Below are positions 58,844-64,000 of a stretch of 64,000 nt of DNA, piece by piece. The DNA is from Chloroflexota bacterium (GTDB lineage: Bacteria > Chloroflexota > Dehalococcoidia > Lucifugimonadales > Australimonadaceae), in assembly GCA_022561985.1 (NCBI GenBank), contig JADFQE010000001.1:3344-67343 (forward strand), written 5' to 3'. The notes beneath the pieces were generated by a model. That model worked only from the letters and a program-made list of their open reading frames with translations, was not told the origin of the DNA and made no database searches. A program made the translations under genes and the position numbers. Each line of letters begins with the position of its first letter. The stretch's first letter is position 1.

Positions 58844-59518
58844 ATGACGACCCATCAGCAGCTCACCGGCTCGACCGACGACGAATTCCTGCAGCGGATG
58901 ATCGACACCACGGCTGGCCGGTTCACGGACGCGTTCTGGGCGCTGTTCGACGCCGAGGTGCGCCCACGGCTGCCCGAGGCGCCCGCCGTCGTCGACTTCG
59001 GCTGCGGGCCGGGTCTGTTCCTCCAAGCCGTGAGCCGGCGGATCCCCGCCGCGACGCTGAGCGGCTTCGACCTGACGCCCGCCATGATCGAGCACGCGCG
59101 CGGCCTCGAATTCGCGGGTGCGCCGGCGTCGTTCGAGGTCGCCGACCTCACGGCGGACCGCATCCCGCTGGCCGATGCATCGGTGCACCTCGGGGCGATG
59201 ACGGCCGTGCTGCACGTCTTCGACGACCCGTTCGCGTTCCTGGGGGAGGTGCGGCGTGCGCTGGCGCCGGGCGGCATCTTCCTGCTCTACGACTGGGTCC
59301 GGACCCCGCTGCGGGACTACCTCACGGACCGCGTCCCGCGGGAGGCCGGGGATGCGGCGGGCGCGCGTCTGCGGGCGATGCGCCTCTTCCCGAGCCACAA
59401 CAAGTACACGGTCGAGGACTGGCGCTGGCTGTTGGGCGAGTGTGGCTTCACCGTTGTCGCGGACGCCGCGCCCCGTCCCAACTTCCACGCGTTCGTGACC
59501 ACGGCCGAGGCGAACTAG
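58844..59518 (+). CDS. class I SAM-dependent methyltransferase
   Basis: VVDFGCGPG motif I and GGIFLLYDW. GGGGAGGAG SD upstream, 15 nt after the sbcC stop. Confidence 0.8.
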   Translation: MTTHQQLTGSTDDEFLQRMIDTTAGRFTDAFWALFDAEVRPRLPEAPAVVDFGCGPGLFLQAVSRRIPAATLSGFDLTPAMIEHARGLEFAGAPASFEVADLTADRIPLADASVHLGAMTAVLHVFDDPFAFLGEVRRALAPGGIFLLYDWVRTPLRDYLTDRVPREAGDAAGARLRAMRLFPSHNKYTVEDWRWLLGECGFTVVADAAPRPNFHAFVTTAEAN

Positions 59519-59569
59519 CACGGGTGTTCGACAAGGCTCGATGCGAACGGGTGTTTGCCGGGCGGTGGC

Positions 59570-62044
59570 CTACTTCACCACCACGCTGACCAGGTAGCGG
59601 CCCGGCACGAAGACGACCTTGGTGACCTCGTGGCCGTCGGTGTAGGCGCGCACGCGCTCGCTCCCGAGCGCCTGCTCCCTGGCATCGGCCTCGCTGATGC
59701 CGGCCGGCACGGCGATGCGGTCGCGCACCTTGCCGTTGACCTGCACCACGAGCGTCGCCTCCTCGATGGCGGCGAGCGCGTCGTCCCACTCCGGCAGCGG
59801 CTGCGCGTGGATGCTGTAGGGGTTGCCGGTGCGCTCCCACAGCTCCTCGGTGACGTGTGGGGCCATCGGCGCGAGGAGCAGGAGCAGGCTGCGGATCGTC
59901 CCGGCCCAGACGGGCCGCGAGACCGTGCGGGCCTCCAGCGCCGGCCCCATCTCGTTGGTGAGCTCCATCATCGCCGAGAGCGCCGTGTTGTACTTGAAGC
60001 GCTCGATGTCGGTGATGACGCGCCGGATCGTCTGGTGCATGCGGCGGGTCATGTCGCGGTCGGCGGGGCCGTCGTCAGCCGGCAGGTCGTCCGTGGGACT
60101 CGTGCAGAGGTCCCAAACGCGGTTCATCCAGCGGGCGAGCCCGTTGATCCCCGCGTCGCTCCAGTCGCCGCCGCCCTCCCAGGGCCCCATGAACATGAGG
60201 TAGAGCCGGACGACGTCGGCGCCGAGCTCGCTCACGTAGACGTCGGGCGAGACCACGTTGCCGCGGCTCTTGCTCATCTTCATGTGGTCCGAGAGCACCG
60301 TGCCCTGGTTGAAGAGGCGCAAGAAGGGCTCGCCGTGGCCGACGAGGCCCAGGTCGCGGATCACCCTGGTGAAGAAGCGGGCGTAGAGCAGGTGCATCAC
60401 CGCGTGCTCGGCGCCGCCCGTGTACTGGTCGACGGGGCCCCACAGCTTCGCCTTCTCCGCGTCGAAGGGGGCGTCGCCTTCGTCCACGCTTACGTAGCGT
60501 AAGAAGTACCACGACGAGTCCACGAACGTGTCCATCGTGTCGGTCTCGCGGGTCGCCGCGCCGCCGCACTGGGGGCACGTCGTGTTGAGGAAGCCCGCAT
60601 GCTGCTTCAGCGGCGACTCGCCCGTCGGCTTGAACTCCGCGTCCTCCGGCAGGAGGACGGGGAGCTGGTCCTCGGGCACCGGCTGCATGCCGCAGTCGTC
60701 GCAGTAGAGGATCGGGATCGGCGTGCCCCAGTAGCGCTGGCGCGAGATCAGCCAGTCGCGCATGCGGTAGGTGACCTTCCGCTCGCCCCACCCCTGCTCC
60801 ACGATGTGGTCGGCGATGGCCTCGTACCCCTCGGCGTTCCCCATGCCGTCGAAGCGCCCCGAGCTCACCTGCGAGCCCGTGCGTCCCAGGTACGCCTCGG
60901 GCAGCGGCTCGCCGTCCCACTCCGGCGGCGCGACGACCACGCGGATCTCGAGCCCGTAGCGCTGCGCGAACTCGAAGTCGCGGGCGTCGTGGGCCGGCAC
61001 GCCCATGACCGCGCCCGTGCCGTAGGTCAGCAGCACGTAGTCCGCCGTCCAGATGGGCACGCGCTCCCCGCTCAGGCGGTTGATGGCATACGCGCCGGTG
61101 AACACACCCGTCTTCTCGCGCTCGGTGGACAGCCGGTCGATCTCGGACGCCTCGCGTGCCTGCTGCACGTACGCCTCGACCTCGGCCCGCCGCTCGCCGG
61201 TCGTGATGCGCGCGACCAGCGGGTGCTCGGGCGCCAGCACGAGGAACGTCACGCCGAACACGGTGTCGATGCGCGTGGTGAACGTGGCAATCTCGCGCTC
61301 GTCGACCCCGAGGTCCGAGATGTCGAACGATATCTCGACGCCCTCGCTGCGCCCGATCCAGTTCGTCTGCATCGTCTTGATGCGCTCGGGCCAGTCGAGA
61401 ACGCCGGAGAAGTCCAGGAGCTCGTCGGCGTAGGCCGTGATCTTGAAGAACCACTGCTCCATCTCGCGCCGGATGACGGTGTCGCCGGTGCGCTCGCAGC
61501 GGCCGTCGATCACCTGCTCGTTGGCGAGCACGGTCTGGCAGGTGGGGCACCAGTTGACGGGCGCGGCGGCCCGGTACGCGAGCCCCTTCTCGTACATCTT
61601 CAGGAAGAACCACTGGTTCCACCGGTAGTAGGAGGGGAGGCAGGTGACGATCTCGCGGTCCCAGTCGTACACGCAGCCCATGGAGCGGAGCTGGCCGCGC
61701 ATGCGCTCCATGTTGTCCATGGTCCATGCGTAGGGGTGGATGCCGCGCTTGATGGCGGCGTTCTCGGCGGGCAGGCCGAAGGCGTCGAAGCCGATGGGGT
61801 GGAGCACGTTGTAGCCGCGCATCCGCATGAAGCGCGCGTGGGCGTCGGAGGGCGCCATGGCGTACCAGTGGCCGATGTGCAGGTCGCCGGAGGGGTACGG
61901 ATACATGGTCAGCGCGTACCACTTCGGGCGCGGGTCGTCGTCGTCCACGTGGTAGATGCGGTCCTCGTCCCAGCGCCGCTGCCATTTGCGGTCGATGGCG
62001 GCTGGGTCGTAGCGGAGGCGGGAGGGTCTGGACGAGGTGGCCAT
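59570..62044 (-). CDS. leuS: leucine--tRNA ligase
   Basis: 824 aa from MATSSRPS. HIGH motif PYPSGDLHIGH, KMSKS motif, CP1 editing domain and Zn-like CPTC/CPQCG motifs. Confidence 0.95.
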   Translation of the reverse strand: MATSSRPSRLRYDPAAIDRKWQRRWDEDRIYHVDDDDPRPKWYALTMYPYPSGDLHIGHWYAMAPSDAHARFMRMRGYNVLHPIGFDAFGLPAENAAIKRGIHPYAWTMDNMERMRGQLRSMGCVYDWDREIVTCLPSYYRWNQWFFLKMYEKGLAYRAAAPVNWCPTCQTVLANEQVIDGRCERTGDTVIRREMEQWFFKITAYADELLDFSGVLDWPERIKTMQTNWIGRSEGVEISFDISDLGVDEREIATFTTRIDTVFGVTFLVLAPEHPLVARITTGERRAEVEAYVQQAREASEIDRLSTEREKTGVFTGAYAINRLSGERVPIWTADYVLLTYGTGAVMGVPAHDARDFEFAQRYGLEIRVVVAPPEWDGEPLPEAYLGRTGSQVSSGRFDGMGNAEGYEAIADHIVEQGWGERKVTYRMRDWLISRQRYWGTPIPILYCDDCGMQPVPEDQLPVLLPEDAEFKPTGESPLKQHAGFLNTTCPQCGGAATRETDTMDTFVDSSWYFLRYVSVDEGDAPFDAEKAKLWGPVDQYTGGAEHAVMHLLYARFFTRVIRDLGLVGHGEPFLRLFNQGTVLSDHMKMSKSRGNVVSPDVYVSELGADVVRLYLMFMGPWEGGGDWSDAGINGLARWMNRVWDLCTSPTDDLPADDGPADRDMTRRMHQTIRRVITDIERFKYNTALSAMMELTNEMGPALEARTVSRPVWAGTIRSLLLLLAPMAPHVTEELWERTGNPYSIHAQPLPEWDDALAAIEEATLVVQVNGKVRDRIAVPAGISEADAREQALGSERVRAYTDGHEVTKVVFVPGRYLVSVVVK

Positions 62045-62086
62045 GCGTGCTCCGGGGCCGTGGGCTGGAACCGCCAGTTTACCAGG

Positions 62087-62108
62087 CAGGGCACGCCCTG
62101 CACCCACT
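62087..62108 (-). repeat. REP-like palindromic element; forward relative to leuS transcription
   Basis: The plus strand reads CAGGGCACGCCCTGCACCCACT. On the minus strand it is followed 5 nt later by TGGTAAACT (extended -10; rc of 62076-84), then SD GGAG and the leuS ATG. Confidence 0.6.
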
Positions 62109-62197
62109 TGCTCGCGCCGGCCGCTGATGCCTACAACCGCCGTTGGGCGCTCGCCGGAACGCGCGGGTATCCCGTTTCGTGCCTCCGGATGTGCTGA

Positions 62198-62869
62198 CTA
62201 CCTCTCGGCCCTCGGCGCCCGCTCGAGCTCCTTCTCGAACGCGTCTGGCTGCCCGTGCTGACGGGTGTACCAAACGCCCTCGGTGAAGTACTGGCTCGCG
62301 ATCCCCTCGCGCTTGAGCTCCCGGAGCTTGACCGCCGAGTCGAGGGCCGGGCGGAGGTCGGGCTCGCTGGTCCAGTTCGCCTTGAAATGGACGTGGCCGG
62401 TGTGGTCGATGATCCAGCTCATGTTGGAGCACCCCGCCCACGTCCGGTGGACCGCGCCGTCCACGTCGTCGATCAGGATGATCCGGGGCGTCCCGTGCCG
62501 CTCCTTCATGATCCGCGCGTGGTCAAACTTCTGCTCGATCGAGCGGATGGCGGGGAACTCCGGATGCTTGTCCGGGTGCGCCTCTCTCGTGTAGACGAAA
62601 AGGAAGTGGGCCTCGTTCTCGTAGTCCCGGGCGAGCTGGTCCATGAGCGGGAACTCCCGCTGGCAGGGCGGTCAGGTGATGGAACCGAACTCGATGAGCA
62701 CCGGTTTGCCACGGAGGTCCGAGAGGGTGACCTCGCCGCCGTCCACCCGTGGGAGCGTGAAGTCCGGCGCGGCCTCGCCCGCACGAAAGATGTTCCTGAA
62801 GTCCCAATGCGGCTCCTTCAGGTACGGCGACGCGTCGTAGTTGTAGTCGTGACCGTGGAAGAGAGTCAT
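62198..62869 (-). CDS. deiodinase-like thioredoxin-fold protein with in-frame UGA (candidate selenocysteine at 62674-62672)
   Basis: Two same-frame ORFs are joined by a single TGA. The junction FGSIT-U-PPC...FLFVYTREAHP parallels the iodothyronine deiodinase FGS(C/A)T-U-PPF...YI(E/D)EAHP. AAGGAGG lies 5 nt before ATG 62869. Confidence 0.7.
62646..62661 (-). promoter_or_regulatory. bSECIS-like hairpin AGCGGG-AGUU-CCCGCU
   Basis: The stem starts 11 nt after the UGA. The apical loop begins 17 nt after the UGA and has G at loop position 2. Confidence 0.5.
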
Positions 62870-62973
62870 GCCGCCTCCTTCATTCGGGCGACGCCCGCGG
62901 GTCCGGATGATAGCACCGGCAAGCGCTCCTCAGAATGACAGGAACGGGCGGGCGCCGTCGGCCGCCGGCCGCG

Positions 62974-62998
62974 GAGTGGGTCAAGGGCTTTGCCCTTG
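62974..62998 (+). repeat. REP-like palindromic element (variant GAGTGGGTCAAGGGCTTTGCCCTTG)
   Basis: It overlaps the last codons and stop of the HIT gene on the opposite strand. Confidence 0.5.
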
Positions 62999-63409
62999 GC
63001 TGCGCCGTTTGCGGTTCGGGTCGTACTCCGTGCGGCCGTAGCGGCGCAGCCAGAAGTCGCCCTTGCGCGGGAAGTCCACGTAGAGGCCCAACCCCGTGCC
63101 GCCGATCACGTGGAGGTGGCCGTGCTCCTGGGTCTGGAGCGCGTCCTCGCCGAAGTTCGAGACGACCCGGAAGCCGCCCGGCGCGTCCGATCCGCCGATG
63201 TCGATGGCGAGGGCGGCGGCGCGGGCGAAGAGCGGCGAGCGCCAGAACTCCTCCTGGCCCATGTGGGCTTTGGGCGCGATGAGGTACATCACGGGCACCC
63301 ACGTCAGCTCGTTGTGGAAGACGATGAGGTCGTCGTCCTCGTGCCGGACGGTGCGGGGCAGCCGCCCGGAGACGATGCCGCAGAAGTCGCAGCCCCGGTC
63401 GCCGTCCAA
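62981..63409 (-). CDS. HIT (histidine triad) family nucleotide hydrolase/transferase
   Basis: CDFCGIV N-terminal motif and histidine triad EHGHLHVIGG. TTG start at 63409. The N-terminal region appears disrupted by a 37-bp duplication. Confidence 0.8.
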   Translation of the reverse strand: MDGDRGCDFCGIVSGRLPRTVRHEDDDLIVFHNELTWVPVMYLIAPKAHMGQEEFWRSPLFARAAALAIDIGGSDAPGGFRVVSNFGEDALQTQEHGHLHVIGGTGLGLYVDFPRKGDFWLRRYGRTEYDPNRKRRSQGQSP

Positions 63410-63459
63410 GTCGCCCTCGGGGCGCGCCGGGGTGGTCGCGGTCCAGGTCGCCCTCGGGG
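63398..63459. repeat. imperfect tandem duplication, 37-bp period
   Basis: GTCGCCGTCCAAGTCGCCCTCGGGG (63398-63422) and GTCGCGGTCCAGGTCGCCCTCGGGG (63435-63459) match at 23/25 positions. Confidence 0.75.
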
Positions 63460-63499
63460 TCGCCGCCGGGGTCGCCCCCAGGACCGCTGGGCGGCGTGC

Positions 63500-64000
63500 T
63501 CATCCAGCGCCGGCGGCGCGCTTGCGGCGTGGCGTCACGCTCGGCTGGCGGTAGTCGGGCGCGGTGATGGGCATGACCACCACGAGCCGTGGGTCGTTCA
63601 GCCGCGATGCGATCGGGTTGTTGGAGCCCGTGGGGATGGCGCGCGTGGTGATGACGGTGGGCAGCCGTGCGTTGTGCCGGTGGACGATGATCTGGTAGAG
63701 CTTCTCGTTCGCCCACGGGGTCGAGGTCTCGGAGCCGAGGTCGTCGAGCACCAGCAGGGGCGTCTGTTTCACGCGGTCGAACAGCTCGTCGTAGGTCACG
63801 CGGGAATCGGGGCTGAAGGTGTAGCGCAGGTGGTCGAGCAGGTCGGGCACGAAGGCGAAGAAGACCTCCTCCCCCCGCTGGAGCGCCGCGTTGGCGACGG
63901 CGACCGCGAGGTGCGTCTTGCCGCAGCCCGAGTCGCCCACGAGCACGAGCCAGCCGTGCGGGTCCCGCGCGAAGGCCGTGCTCATGGCGATCGCCGCCTG
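63500..64000 (-). CDS. DnaC/IstB-family AAA+ ATPase (helicase-loader-like), 5' end outside the window
   Basis: Walker A GDSGCGKTHLA, Walker B LLVLDDLG, sensor TTR. The ORF stays open to the window edge. Confidence 0.75.
   Translation of the reverse strand, partial: QAAIAMSTAFARDPHGWLVLVGDSGCGKTHLAVAVANAALQRGEEVFFAFVPDLLDHLRYTFSPDSRVTYDELFDRVKQTPLLVLDDLGSETSTPWANEKLYQIIVHRHNARLPTVITTRAIPTGSNNPIASRLNDPRLVVVMPITAPDYRQPSVTPRRKRAAGAG

Noticed and set aside
63500-64000. The DnaC/IstB-type ATPase as the IstB helper of an IS21 element.
   Set aside because: No IstA transposase is visible and the gene is translationally linked to a HIT gene. The window ends inside the ORF, so an IS21 origin can be neither confirmed nor excluded. 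It is called generically.

Overview
High-GC bacterial chromosomal segment. The phylum cannot be fixed from this window: -10 boxes of the TAGACT/TAGAAT type, leaderless or near-leaderless starts and frequent GTG/TTG starts fit Chloroflexota- or Actinomycetota-like genomes. I support about 55 protein genes, 4 tRNAs and one IS transposase.

Gene content, left to right:
- 1-2.7 kb: an accessory patch with a hypothetical gene, an IS4/IS5-type transposase and a hicB-hicA pair.
- 4.0-9.7 kb: a Dpp/Opp-type ABC importer.
- Housekeeping genes follow: miaB, nadC, rarA, ltaE, lspA, an RluA-family synthase, gltX, leuS, etfBA and an EF-G paralog.
- Two paralogous pairs of a GatC-like mini-protein plus an amidase.
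- 26.4-31.2 kb: two convergent secreted lipoproteins bracketed by tRNA-Gln and tRNA-Glu, one of them an 18-blade NHL protein.
- 31.3-44.7 kb: a catabolic island with an HpcH aldolase, a LigJ/ACMSD-type amidohydrolase, an oversized PEPCK-like protein, a dihydroxyphthalate-decarboxylase-like protein, a PanB-like protein, two Zn-ADHs and two Rieske oxygenases.
- An SbcC/Rad50-type ATPase without SbcD.

Most interesting signals:
1. An in-frame TGA sits exactly at the deiodinase-type FGSxT-U-PP active site, with a SECIS-like hairpin downstream. This is a candidate selenoprotein (62198..62869, minus strand).
2. Three nested copies of the etfA 3' end delimit two single-gene insertions (52.2-54.25 kb).
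3. A REP-like palindrome family (GAGTGGGTSCAGGGCTGTGCCCTG) occurs at 9 or more intergenic sites. It abuts tRNA 3' ends or supplies the TG of extended -10 boxes.
4. Two short direct-repeat insertions or duplications (23 nt and 37 nt) each break an ATGA-coupled gene junction.
5. Two genes have conserved N-termini encoded upstream of any canonical start, each behind a well-spaced SD plus ATC.

Many very long Arg/Pro/Gly-rich ORFs in the six-frame track are GC artefacts and are not reported.
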